This document shows positions 21,249-30,436 of a stretch of 64,000 nt of DNA, one piece after another. The stretch comes from Candidatus Poribacteria bacterium. Its GTDB lineage: Bacteria > Poribacteria > WGA-4E > GCA-2687025. The stretch is from assembly GCA_963665845.2 (NCBI GenBank), contig OY762492.1, forward strand, positions 64,001 to 128,000, read 5' to 3'. The notes below the pieces were generated by a model. That model did not search any database, was not told the DNA's origin, and worked only from the letters and a program-made list of their open reading frames with translations. How positions within the stretch are numbered: position 1 is the stretch's first letter; each line of letters opens with the position of its first letter. A program made the translations under genes and the position numbers.

Positions 21249-22094
21249 ATGAAGATAAGCCCTCATCACCTCGTCCTTGAAATCGGCAGCGGACACAACC
21301 CGCATCCGCGCTCCGACGTCCTGTGCGACAAGGCGCTCGTCAACGACAGGGAGCGCGGCGGCCCTCTTGTCGCCGACCGCCCCCTCGTCATCGCCGACGC
21401 CGAAGCGCTCCCGTTCAAAGAGAACGCCTTCGACTACATCATTTGCTCGCATGTGTTGGAACATGCGCGCGACATCGAACGTTTCCTAAAGGAAGTCCAG
21501 CGCGTCGGAAGAGCGGGCTATATCGAAACCCCCTCCTCCATCGCCGAACGCTTGTACGGATGGGATTACCACCGATGGCTTATCGACCGCATCGACGACC
21601 GTCTCGTCATTCGCCCAAAGACCTTCTCGAACGCTTTCGGCATGCTGTTTCACGAGCTGGTCAAGCAGAGCCGCAGTTTCGCCGCGTTTCACCGCGATTT
21701 CAGCGGGCTGCTGCTGACGCAGTACGAATGGAGCGGGCGGATCGAATACCGCATGGAGCCGGCGGACTTCGAGCCGTACGACCTGCGCGGAGTCGAGTCG
21801 GCGCGTTCCATGCTGAACATGCCGAAACGAAGTTGGCGGCGCCGTTTTGGGTCGATGGTTCCGGCGGGGGCGCGCCGTTTCGCCAAGCGGACGCTTTCCA
21901 GACGGCTCCGTTCCGCGCGTCCGAAAGTGTCTCTCCAGGAGCTGGCGGTATGCCCCTCATGCAAGGGGGAGCTGGTCTGGTCGGACAGCGCGGCGGCATG
22001 CGCGGCGGAGGGCATTACGTTTAAAACGGCGGACGGAACGCCTATATTTCTGTTGGACGACACGCAAACGAGCGAGGATGAACATGAACATTGA
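21249..22094 (+). CDS. Methyltransferase (type 11) with C-terminal Trm112-like Zn-ribbon
   Basis: VLEIGSG, DAEALPFKENAFDYIICSHVLEH; C-terminal LAVCPSCKGEL...DGTPIFL. Confidence 0.8.
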   Translation: MKISPHHLVLEIGSGHNPHPRSDVLCDKALVNDRERGGPLVADRPLVIADAEALPFKENAFDYIICSHVLEHARDIERFLKEVQRVGRAGYIETPSSIAERLYGWDYHRWLIDRIDDRLVIRPKTFSNAFGMLFHELVKQSRSFAAFHRDFSGLLLTQYEWSGRIEYRMEPADFEPYDLRGVESARSMLNMPKRSWRRRFGSMVPAGARRFAKRTLSRRLRSARPKVSLQELAVCPSCKGELVWSDSAAACAAEGITFKTADGTPIFLLDDTQTSEDEHEH

Positions 22095-23301
22095 ATCGAA
22101 ACGGCTGCTCCGACTTCCCGCCTACATGCTAGGGGCGCTTCGCCAGAAAACGCATCAGATGCGCCGATCCGGCATCGATGTGATCGATCTGGGCATGGGA
22201 AATCCGGATCAGCGGACGCCGCAGCATGTGATCGACAAGCTGTGCGAGACGGCGCAGGAAGCGCGCAACCATGGATACGCGCCGTCCAAGGGCATCTTCA
22301 ACCTTCGGCGCGAGATCTGCCGGCTGTACGCCTCCCGCTACGATGTCATGCTGGACCCTGAAACCGAAGCGATCTCGGTCATCGGCACGAAGGAGGGGAT
22401 CGCCAACCTGGCGCTCGCCATCGTGGATGAGGGAGACATCGCCCTGATCCCCGATCCGACCTACCCGATACATATGTACAGCGTTGTGATTGCCGGCGGG
22501 AGCGCCATCAGCGTTCCCCTGAACGATGTTGAAACTTTCATTCCGAGCGTCGCGCAAATTGTGGAATCGATTCGTCCAAAGCCGAAGATGATGATTCTCA
22601 GTTTTCCGCACAACCCGACTGGAGCGGTTGTGGACCTTGCCTTTTTTGAGGAGGCGGTTCAGTTTGCGCGTCGGCATGAGATTCTGCTGGTTCATGACAT
22701 GGCGTACGCCGATCTGACCTTTGACGGCGTCGCGGCGCCGAGCGTCCTGCAGGTTCCGAAAGCGAAAGAGATCGCCGTCGAGTTCTATTCGCTCTCCAAG
22801 TCGCACAGCATGGCGGGCTGGCGAACCGGTTTCTGCGTCGGCAACCGCGACATCATCGCGGCGCTGGCGAAGATCAAAAGCTACAGCGACTACGGCATCT
22901 TCCTGCCGATACAGGTTGCCGCGATCATGGCGCTGCGCACCGAGGAGCATATACTCAAAGAGACAGCGGCGATCTACCGAAAACGGCGCGATGTGCTGAT
23001 CGACTCGTTCGGGCGCATCGGCTGGGAAATCCCGTCCCCGCCCGCGACCATCTTTGCATGGGCGGAGATACCGGAGCCTTACAGGGCGGAAGGCTCGCTC
23101 AAGTTTGCGACGCGCCTGCTGAACGAGGCGGAGGTGTGCGTCTCTCCCGGCGTCGGCTTCGGAACGCAAGGAGACGGGCATGTGCGCATCGCGCTTGTTG
23201 AGAACGAAAACCGAATACGGCAGGCGGCGCGTCAAATACGCCGCGCGCTTCAATTGCCGAACGCGCAGAACGGTCATAAGGAAAAACGCAATGATGAATG
23301 A
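22084..23301 (+). CDS. Class I/II PLP aminotransferase (AlaC/LL-DAP aminotransferase-like)
   Basis: IDLGMGNPD, FPHNPTG, DMAY, SLSKSHSMAGWRTG. Confidence 0.9.
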   Translation: MNIESKRLLRLPAYMLGALRQKTHQMRRSGIDVIDLGMGNPDQRTPQHVIDKLCETAQEARNHGYAPSKGIFNLRREICRLYASRYDVMLDPETEAISVIGTKEGIANLALAIVDEGDIALIPDPTYPIHMYSVVIAGGSAISVPLNDVETFIPSVAQIVESIRPKPKMMILSFPHNPTGAVVDLAFFEEAVQFARRHEILLVHDMAYADLTFDGVAAPSVLQVPKAKEIAVEFYSLSKSHSMAGWRTGFCVGNRDIIAALAKIKSYSDYGIFLPIQVAAIMALRTEEHILKETAAIYRKRRDVLIDSFGRIGWEIPSPPATIFAWAEIPEPYRAEGSLKFATRLLNEAEVCVSPGVGFGTQGDGHVRIALVENENRIRQAARQIRRALQLPNAQNGHKEKRNDE

Positions 23302-24049
23302 ACGATCCTGCCGCGCTCTCTTTGCCGCATTATGCGCCGCCGCAGCGTTGGCCGCTTTCCATCCAGCGTCCGCGTTGCGCCTCATTGTGATCGACGCCGG
23401 ACATGGCGGCGCCGATCCAGGGGCGGTGAAAGGCGGCGTGCTAGAAAAAGATGTGAACCTCGCTGTCGCAAAGCGGCTGAAGGCTTATCTGGAAAAACAT
23501 ACGACGGCGCGCATCGTCATGACTCGAACGGGCGACCAGACGCTCTCGCTGTCGCAGCGGTCGGCAATCGCCAACAAGGCGCAAAAACCCGGCATGGACG
23601 GCCTCTTCATCAGCCTGCACTGCAACTCCGCCTACAACAGATTGGCGCGCGGCATTGAAACCTACGTCCACAACAACAAGGCGAGCGACGCCCGGGCGGC
23701 GCGTCTGGCGAGACGCGAAAACTTGGGGGACCAGGGCAACCGCAACATGATCATGCTTGACATGAACAACAGGCTGCATAACTCCCGTTCCAACGACCTT
23801 GCGAAGTCGGTTCATACGGAGATGATCAAGCGGGCGCATGCGCATGATCGGCGCGTTCGTCAGGCTCCGTTTTATGTGCTGTTTTATTCCCAGATGCCGT
23901 CCATTCTGGTGGAGCTGGGTTTCTTGAGCAACACAACGGAGCGGAACGCTCTCAAGACCGCGGCGTATCAGCAGAAGCTGGCGGAGGCTCTCGGCGGGGG
24001 CGTGACTCAGTTTTTATCGCGCTCTCCCGCTGTCGGCTCCACTCGCTAA
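23291..24049 (+). CDS. N-acetylmuramoyl-L-alanine amidase (Amidase_3), secreted
   Basis: IDAGHGG.DPGA, EKDVNL, FISLHCN, ILVELGFLSN; signal peptide. Confidence 0.92.
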   Translation: MMNERSCRALFAALCAAAALAAFHPASALRLIVIDAGHGGADPGAVKGGVLEKDVNLAVAKRLKAYLEKHTTARIVMTRTGDQTLSLSQRSAIANKAQKPGMDGLFISLHCNSAYNRLARGIETYVHNNKASDARAARLARRENLGDQGNRNMIMLDMNNRLHNSRSNDLAKSVHTEMIKRAHAHDRRVRQAPFYVLFYSQMPSILVELGFLSNTTERNALKTAAYQQKLAEALGGGVTQFLSRSPAVGSTR

Positions 24050-24058
24050 CCGCCTTTC

Positions 24059-24249
24059 GGCTGGACGCTTTCGCCAGCGGCTGTCCGGACCGTCCTTTGG
24101 GGATGTTCTGGGCAGCCGTTCGTATGTACGTTGTACGGACGGGTTCGGTTTTGGTGAACGTCAAGCGAACATGCGCTGGAAACGTGAGGTTAACGCGTTC
24201 GCCCGCGGAGGAGCCGACGCTGCGCATTCTCCTAAAAGCTAGCGTTGGC
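24059..24249 (+). other. Multi-hairpin element rich in G-U pairs (candidate structured RNA)
   Basis: Stems at 24078-24118, 24116-24142, 24165-24202 and 24213-24249; three of them pair fully only on the + strand via G-U. Confidence 0.4.
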
Positions 24250-24292
24250 GCAGGTTTGGGCGATTTCCGCTTTGAAAGTATACATAATAATC

Positions 24293-24328
24293 ATTATCGG
24301 AAATTGCATGCGGCGGGGGTCAGGTCGC
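24293..24328 (-). repeat. 36-bp element, inverted partner of 21076-21111
   Basis: ATTATCGGAAATTGCATGCGGCGGGGGTCAGGTCGC. Confidence 0.8.
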
Positions 24329-24465
24329 CCATTTCGACTTTTCATGCCTCCGAGCGCGTTTCGCCGCAGCGACTCTCTTCGAGACCATGCGCCGCCTAAA
24401 TTCAACGATCAAACCGTTATCGGAAGTCAGCGCGGATCAAACAATCTCGAAGGGTAAGATCAGCA

Positions 24466-24609
24466 GGTAGTACGCTCATACGATGATGTTGATCGGAGAC
24501 GCGATATGGACGGCGTCTGCGACGCCTAAGATTCCCGTTTTCACGGGAATGACGTCAGGCGGCGCCGACGCTTATGGTCAAATGAAGTTCATCGCATGGG
24601 CGTACCGCC
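24466..24609. mobile_element. MITE family B, copy 2
   Basis: Similar over its length to 7929-8077; flanks AGATCAGCA / AGGTCGGCA look like an eroded TSD. Confidence 0.8.
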
Positions 24610-24699
24610 AGGTCGGCAGGTTGACTTGACCTGGCGCCGTCCATGCTTTATCGTTAATGCGTTGACCTGTATATCCCCTCCCGGCGCCGGGGAAACGGA

Positions 24700-25623
24700 T
24701 TGAAAAAGTTTTACCGCAGCGTGCTGGACATGATCGGCGAAACGCCGATGACGACGCTAAACAACCTGACCGACGCCGACTCGGCGGAGACGTTGGCGAA
24801 GCTGGAAATGCGCAACCCAGGCGGCAGCGTCAAAGACCGCATCGGCCTCTCCATGATATTAGACGCCGAGCGGCGCGGCGCCGTCCGCCGAGGCTCCATC
24901 ATCGTGGAGCCGACCGCCGGGAACACCGGCATTGCGCTGGCGGTTGTCGCAAAAGCGCGGGGTTACCGCGCCGTTTTGACGATGCCGGACAACATCAGCC
25001 GAGAAAAGATCGCGCTTCTCCGAGCCTTCGGAGCCGAGGCGGTCTTGACCCCCGCCTCCGACACCATGGCGGGCGCCATCTGGGAAGCGGAGGAGATCGC
25101 CCGCGCCGAAAAGAACGCCTTTATGCCGAACCAGTTCTCCAACCCCGCCAACCCCGCCGCTCATCAGATGACAACAGGACAAGAGATCATCCGCCAGACG
25201 GACGGACGCATAGACGCCTTCGTCTGCGGCGTCGGGACGGGCGGCACGCTGACCGGCGTCGCGCGCGCTTTAAAAGAACGCGGCATGGAGACGGAGATTG
25301 TCGCCGTTGAGCCGAGCGTCAGCCCCGCCATCTCCGGCGGTCCCCTCGGTCCGACGCGCATTGACGGGCTGGGCGCGGGCTTCATACCGGAGGCGCTGGA
25401 CGCCGATCTGATCGATAGCGTTGAGACGGTTGAGGAGAAAGAAGCGTATGAGATGATGCGCGCCTTAGGTCAGGAGGAGGGCTTGCTGACTGGCATGAGT
25501 TCTGGAGCCGCCGCGGCCGCCGCCCTGCGCGTCGCCAAACGGCTCGGACCAGGCAAGCGCGTCGTTACGATCTTAGCAGACACGGGAGACCGTTACTTGA
25601 GCCTATCGGAGATGTTTGAATGA
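24700..25623 (+). CDS. cysK: Cysteine synthase A
   Basis: NPGGSVKDR, EPTAGNTG, GVGTGGT, IDGLGAGFIP; TTGACC-17-TATCGT promoter upstream. Confidence 0.9.
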   Translation: MKKFYRSVLDMIGETPMTTLNNLTDADSAETLAKLEMRNPGGSVKDRIGLSMILDAERRGAVRRGSIIVEPTAGNTGIALAVVAKARGYRAVLTMPDNISREKIALLRAFGAEAVLTPASDTMAGAIWEAEEIARAEKNAFMPNQFSNPANPAAHQMTTGQEIIRQTDGRIDAFVCGVGTGGTLTGVARALKERGMETEIVAVEPSVSPAISGGPLGPTRIDGLGAGFIPEALDADLIDSVETVEEKEAYEMMRALGQEEGLLTGMSSGAAAAAALRVAKRLGPGKRVVTILADTGDRYLSLSEMFE

Positions 25624-26360
25624 ACAAGACGCGCGAACGCGCCGTTCCCAAGCGGGATGAAGAGAACGCGTCCCAACTTGCCGAGCGGCTGCAGAATGAA
25701 ACGCCCCAGAACATCGTCCAGTGGGGCGTCGAGAGATACCATCCGAAGCTGGCGGTCGTTTCCAATTTTGGACCTAGCACCAATGTCATAATTCACCATT
25801 TAGCCGAAATTGGGCGCCCGGACGTCCCGATCGTCCATATCAACACGGGATTTGAATTTGAAGAAACGGCGGAAATCGCGCAGCGGTTGGAGCGGCGGTA
25901 CGGGGTCCAGATACGGCACATTCGCCCAGAATTGACCGTGGAGCAGCAGGCGGAAAAATACGGACCGAAGCTGTACAGCGACGACCCCGATTACTGCTGC
26001 TACATGCGCAAGGTGGCGCCGCTTGAAAAGGCGTTGAGGGGCATGGAGGCTTGGGTTACCGGCATCCGCAAGAGCCAGGCGGCGACCCGCCGAGGCGCCA
26101 AAGTCATCGAATGGGACGCGCGGCATGATATGATTAAAATCAACCCGATGGCGGAATGGACGGCGGAGCGGGTTTGGGAATTTATCCGCAAACACGACAT
26201 ACCCTACAACGCCCTGCATGACCAAGGCTACGCGAGCGTCGGGTGCTGGCCCTGCACAATGCCCGTTCTGGACGGCGAGGATGAACGCGCCGGCCGATGG
26301 AAAGGCAGGGGCAAAACGGAATGCGGCATCCATCTCACGCAGCCGCTTCCGCCGACTTAA
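25620..26360 (+). CDS. cysH: APS/PAPS reductase (Fe-S type)
   Basis: CCYMRKV, SVGCWPCT, RAGRW, KTECGIH. Confidence 0.92.
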   Translation: MNKTRERAVPKRDEENASQLAERLQNETPQNIVQWGVERYHPKLAVVSNFGPSTNVIIHHLAEIGRPDVPIVHINTGFEFEETAEIAQRLERRYGVQIRHIRPELTVEQQAEKYGPKLYSDDPDYCCYMRKVAPLEKALRGMEAWVTGIRKSQAATRRGAKVIEWDARHDMIKINPMAEWTAERVWEFIRKHDIPYNALHDQGYASVGCWPCTMPVLDGEDERAGRWKGRGKTECGIHLTQPLPPT

Positions 26361-26385
26361 AACGAACAACGCGAAGAAAGAACGC

Positions 26386-26922
26386 ATGAAGAAAAAAGGC
26401 TTCACCATCTGGTTCACTGGACTCTCCGGGTCTGGAAAAACGACCGTCTCGCAGCGCGTCGCTGAAATGCTGGACGAACGCGGCGTCCAATCTGAAATAC
26501 TGGACGGCGACATCATACGCGAGAATCTAAGCAAAGGACTCGGCTTCAGCAAAGAGGACAGGGACACGAACATCAAGCGCATCGCGTTTGTCTGCAAACT
26601 GCTCACCCGTCAAGGCGCCGCCTGCATCGCCGCGGCGATCTCGCCATACCGCGAAACGCGCGAATACGCCCGAAACGAAATCAAAAACTTCGTCGAAGTG
26701 TATGTCAACAGCCCCATCGATGTGTGCATTGAGCGCGATGTGAAAGGGCTGTACAAAAAAGCGATTGCGGGCGAAATACAGAACTTCACCGGCATTAGCG
26801 ACCCGTATGAACCGCCCGTCAACCCCGAAGCGGTCTGCTGCACAGACCGAGAAACGGTGGACGAATCGGCGGCAAAAGTCGTTCGAATCCTGGAAGAATT
26901 AGGCTATCTTGAACCAGCGTGA
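26386..26922 (+). CDS. cysC: Adenylyl-sulfate kinase
   Basis: WFTGLSGSGKTT, LDGD, RDVKGLY, FTGISDPYEPP. Confidence 0.95.
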   Translation: MKKKGFTIWFTGLSGSGKTTVSQRVAEMLDERGVQSEILDGDIIRENLSKGLGFSKEDRDTNIKRIAFVCKLLTRQGAACIAAAISPYRETREYARNEIKNFVEVYVNSPIDVCIERDVKGLYKKAIAGEIQNFTGISDPYEPPVNPEAVCCTDRETVDESAAKVVRILEELGYLEPA

Positions 26923-26939
26923 ACGCGGAAAGGAACCCC

Positions 26940-27233
26940 ATGGCTACCGTACGAATACCGACGCCCTTGAGACGCCTCACCAACGGAAACGCCGAAGTCG
27001 AAGCCGACGGCGGCACGATCGCTGAACTGATCGACAACCTGGAGAGCAATTACGAAGGTCTCAAAAAGCGCATCTGCGACGAAAACGGAACCGTCCGCCG
27101 CTTTGTGAATATCTACATCAACGACGAGGACATACGGTTCCTAGACAACGCCGATACCGAACTGGAGCCGGACGATGTGGTCTCGATCATACCCGCCATC
27201 GCCGGCGGAAACGAAACAGAGGCGGCGCGATGA
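26940..27233 (+). CDS. MoaD/CysO-like ubiquitin-fold sulfur carrier with a C-terminal extension after GG
   Basis: VRIPTPLR, RFVNIYINDEDIRFL, IPAIAGG-NETEAAR. Confidence 0.9.
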   Translation: MATVRIPTPLRRLTNGNAEVEADGGTIAELIDNLESNYEGLKKRICDENGTVRRFVNIYINDEDIRFLDNADTELEPDDVVSIIPAIAGGNETEAAR

Positions 27234-28033
27234 ATTTCACCGACGAGCAGATTGAGCGTTACAGCCGGCATATCATCCTCAAAGAGGTGGGCGGCGTCGG
27301 GCAAACGAAGCTGCTGAACGCGAAGGTCTTGATGATCGGAGCGGGCGGACTCGGCTCGCCGGCGGCGCTGTATCTGGCGGCGGCGGGCGTCGGAACGATC
27401 GGCATCGTCGACGACGACGAGGTGGACATCAGCAACCTGCAGCGGCAGATCCTGCATCGCAACGAGGATGTCGGACGCGCCAAGGTCGCCTCGGCGCAGG
27501 AGACGCTGAACGGGATCAACCCCGATGTGAAGGTCGTACCTTACAACATGCGCCTCAGCTCCGACAATGTGATGGAAATCCTGCGCGAATACGATCTTGT
27601 CGTGGACGGCTGCGACAACCTGCCGACGCGGTATCTTCTGAACGACGCGAGCGTCTTCACCGGGACGCCTGTTGTGCATGGGAGCATCTTTCAGTTTGAG
27701 GGTCAGGTCACCGTGTTCGACCCGACGCAGGGACCGTGCTACCGGTGCCTCTATCCAGAGCCGCCTCCGCCGGAGATGGTGCCGAGCTGCCAAGAGGCGG
27801 GCGTTCTGGGCGTCCTGCCGGGCATTATCGGTTCGATTCAGGGGCTGGAAGCGATCAAGCATATCATCGGCGCGGGAGAAACGCTGGTCGGGAAGCTGCT
27901 GCTTTACGACACGCTGCGGCAGGATATCCGCAAGCATATTCTCCATAAAGACCCCGCCTGCCCCGTCTGCGGCGAGAATCCGACCGTGACGGAGCTGATC
28001 GATTATGAAGAGTTTTGCGGAGTGAGATGGTAA
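27230..28033 (+). CDS. moeB: MoeB/ThiF E1-like adenylyltransferase (no rhodanese domain)
   Basis: RYSRH, IGAGGLGS, SNLQRQ, CYRC, CQEAGVLG, CPVC. Confidence 0.9.
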   Translation: MNFTDEQIERYSRHIILKEVGGVGQTKLLNAKVLMIGAGGLGSPAALYLAAAGVGTIGIVDDDEVDISNLQRQILHRNEDVGRAKVASAQETLNGINPDVKVVPYNMRLSSDNVMEILREYDLVVDGCDNLPTRYLLNDASVFTGTPVVHGSIFQFEGQVTVFDPTQGPCYRCLYPEPPPPEMVPSCQEAGVLGVLPGIIGSIQGLEAIKHIIGAGETLVGKLLLYDTLRQDIRKHILHKDPACPVCGENPTVTELIDYEEFCGVRW

Positions 28034-28040
28034 AAATCAG

Positions 28041-28373
28041 ATGGTAAAGACGCTGGCGGGCAAAACGCTTGGGCTGCTGTTGACGACAAGCCCCGAACGC
28101 GCCGACCTGAATTCCGCCGTCCAGTTGGCAAGGGCGGCGATGCGTTTAGGCGCGGAGACGCGCCTGTTTGTGATGTGCGACGGGGTCTACGCGCTTGGAG
28201 AAGACGCGCTCAAGGAGCTGGCGGCTGAAGGCGCGCGGGTGAAGGTCTGCGGACACAACGCCGAGCGGCGGCGCGTTGATGAAATAACGGACGCCCCGAA
28301 CATTGAATGGGGGAGCCAGTACGACCTCGCGCAGATGTCCGAAGAGTGCGACCGAATCGTCGCCTTCAACTAA
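28041..28373 (+). CDS. DsrE/TusD-like sulfurtransferase
   Basis: LFVMCDGVY, VCGHNAERR (active-site-type Cys), SQYDLA..SEECDR. Confidence 0.8.
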   Translation: MVKTLAGKTLGLLLTTSPERADLNSAVQLARAAMRLGAETRLFVMCDGVYALGEDALKELAAEGARVKVCGHNAERRRVDEITDAPNIEWGSQYDLAQMSEECDRIVAFN

Positions 28374-28391
28374 ACAGGCGGAGCGAACGGC

Positions 28392-28724
28392 ATGGCGGTT
28401 GTCATGACATGGATACGCGGCGGCGCGTTTGAATCCAGCCGGACGGCGGAAGCGATGCGCATGACGGTCGGGCAAACGCTGGGCGACCATGATGTCCGTC
28501 TTATTTTTGCTGAAGAGGCGGTGTTCGCTCTCCTGGCGCTGGAAACGAGCGAGCAAACCGCCCGCCCGTTTGAGACGTTAAAAATGCTGGGCTGCTCCGT
28601 CTACGCCGAGAAAGAATCGATGGAGGAGCGCGGCATTGGGCGTCCTCCCGCCGGCGTGGAGACCATCAGCCGAGCCGGCGCGGCGCGCATGGCGGCGGAA
28701 AGCGAAGCCGTGTACATATGGTGA
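28392..28724 (+). CDS. DsrF/TusC-like protein
   Basis: AEAMRMTVG, LIFAEEAVF, YAEKESMEERG. Confidence 0.75.
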   Translation: MAVVMTWIRGGAFESSRTAEAMRMTVGQTLGDHDVRLIFAEEAVFALLALETSEQTARPFETLKMLGCSVYAEKESMEERGIGRPPAGVETISRAGAARMAAESEAVYIW

Positions 28725-28728
28725 GCCG

Positions 28729-28986
28729 ATGCGCGTTTTACACCTGATACGTCGGCGGACGGACGCCTACGCCGAAAGCGTCATGAAAACGCATGAAGAG
28801 GAGGGGCTGCAAGTGTTTGCGGCGTATCTGCAGGACGCGGTGTACGGCCCCTTCCCCCGAAGCGAAAACGCCGCCGCCCTGAAAGAAGACTGCCAAATGC
28901 GCGGCGTAGAACCTGACCTGCCGACATTGACTTACGCGCAGCTGGCGGCTCTTATCTTTGAATACGATCGGGTCGTCTCATGGTGA
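28729..28986 (+). CDS. DsrH/TusB-like protein
   Basis: LQDAVY, LKEDCQMRGV, TYAQLAALIFEYDRVVSW. Confidence 0.75.
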   Translation: MRVLHLIRRRTDAYAESVMKTHEEEGLQVFAAYLQDAVYGPFPRSENAAALKEDCQMRGVEPDLPTLTYAQLAALIFEYDRVVSW

Positions 28987-29942
28987 TCCCAAAGAGCAAG
29001 CCGAACGGCATCTTGGAGCGGATCGGAAACACGCCGCTTCTTCAAATGCGCCGCATTCCGATGGAGCTGAACAATCCGAACGTCGAGATACACGCCAAAG
29101 CGGAGTGGTTCAACCCCGGCGGTTCTGTTAAAGACCGAGCGGCGCTGCGCATCGTTGAAGACGCGGAGCGGAACGAGCGGATGCATCGCGGCAAAACGCT
29201 GCTTGATTCCACCTCCGGCAACACCGGGATCGCTTATGCGATGGTCTGCGCTGTCAAGGGATACCGGTGCGAACTTGTCATGCCGTCCAATGTCAGCAAG
29301 GAGCGGGTTTTGACCGTCCGCGCCTACGGGGCGGAGATCACGTACTCGGATCCGCTGGAAGGTTCGGACGGCGCGCTTCTCTTGGCAAAACAGCTTTATG
29401 AAGAGAACCCCGACAAATATTATCTCCCATGCCAGTACGACAACCCGTCCAACTGGCAGGCGCATTTCGAGACGACCGGGCGCGAGATCATCCGCCAGAC
29501 CGATGGACGGGTCACCCATTTTATCGCCGGGATCGGAACGAGCGGAACCGCCGTCGGCACGAGCCGCCGCCTGAAAGCGTTCAACAGCGGAATCAAAACG
29601 TACGGCGTTGAACCGGAAAGCGGTTTTCACGGACTGGAAGGCTTGAAGCATATCGAGTCGGCGATCACGCCCGGCATCTACGACGCCTCAACGTTGGACG
29701 ACACCTTTTACATGAACACTGAAGAATCGTACGATATGGCGCGCCGTCTGGCGATGGAAGAGGGCGTTTTGGTCGGCAAATCGAGCGGCGCCGCCATGCT
29801 TGCCGCCATGCAGCTGGCGCGCCGTCTTGACGAGGCGGTCATCGTCGTCGTTTTTCCGGACGGCGGATCGCGTTATCTTAGCACGCCGCTTTTTGAAACC
29901 GCCGTATCTCTTCAAAAGAGCCGAAAGGCGGGTTCGCCATGA
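28980..29942 (+). CDS. cysM: Cysteine synthase B / CysM-type (probably carrier-dependent)
   Basis: IGNTPL, NPGGSVKDR, TSGNTG, QYDNPSN, GIGTSGT, HGLEGLK. Confidence 0.85.
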   Translation: MVIPKSKPNGILERIGNTPLLQMRRIPMELNNPNVEIHAKAEWFNPGGSVKDRAALRIVEDAERNERMHRGKTLLDSTSGNTGIAYAMVCAVKGYRCELVMPSNVSKERVLTVRAYGAEITYSDPLEGSDGALLLAKQLYEENPDKYYLPCQYDNPSNWQAHFETTGREIIRQTDGRVTHFIAGIGTSGTAVGTSRRLKAFNSGIKTYGVEPESGFHGLEGLKHIESAITPGIYDASTLDDTFYMNTEESYDMARRLAMEEGVLVGKSSGAAMLAAMQLARRLDEAVIVVVFPDGGSRYLSTPLFETAVSLQKSRKAGSP

Positions 29943-30415
29943 CGCCGCTGCGCATCTCCCGCGCGTTGATGACAGCGGTTCAGCGCCATGCTGAAGAGGC
30001 GTTTCCGTTGGAATGCTGCGGCGCGCTCCTTTATATAAACGGAAAAATGGAAGCGCGGCAATTCAAAAACGCGCAGAATGAAAACCCAGCGGTTGACCAT
30101 GAAGGCGCCGTCCGTTCCGCCGAAACCGCTTACCGCGTCAGTCCAGAAGACGAGAAGCAGCTGCATCAAGAGCTGGCGGGCGGCGCGGAGCTGGCGGCCA
30201 TCTACCATTCCCATCCAAACGCGGCAGCGTATTTCTCCGAGATGGACAAGCATGCCGCGACAGCGGGCGGCGCATGGGATTTCCCGGCGTATCCCGACCA
30301 TCTGGTCGTATCGGTTATGAAGGGGGAGGCGCAGGAGGCGCGCGCCTTTTCTTGGGATGAGGAGAAGACGGAGTTCGTTGAGCGCGCCGTTGTGATTGTG
30401 AAAAATGCGTCTTAA
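29939..30415 (+). CDS. JAB/Mov34 metallopeptidase (Mec-like)
   Basis: PLECCG, YHSHP...FSEMD. Confidence 0.9.
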   Translation: MTPLRISRALMTAVQRHAEEAFPLECCGALLYINGKMEARQFKNAQNENPAVDHEGAVRSAETAYRVSPEDEKQLHQELAGGAELAAIYHSHPNAAAYFSEMDKHAATAGGAWDFPAYPDHLVVSVMKGEAQEARAFSWDEEKTEFVERAVVIVKNAS

Positions 30416-30436
30416 AACGGTTCGAAATTCGGCTCG

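Noticed and set aside
24330-24699. SAM riboswitch upstream of the cysteine operon
   Set aside because: No SAM-I/II core recognisable; the region is mostly a MITE plus a promoter
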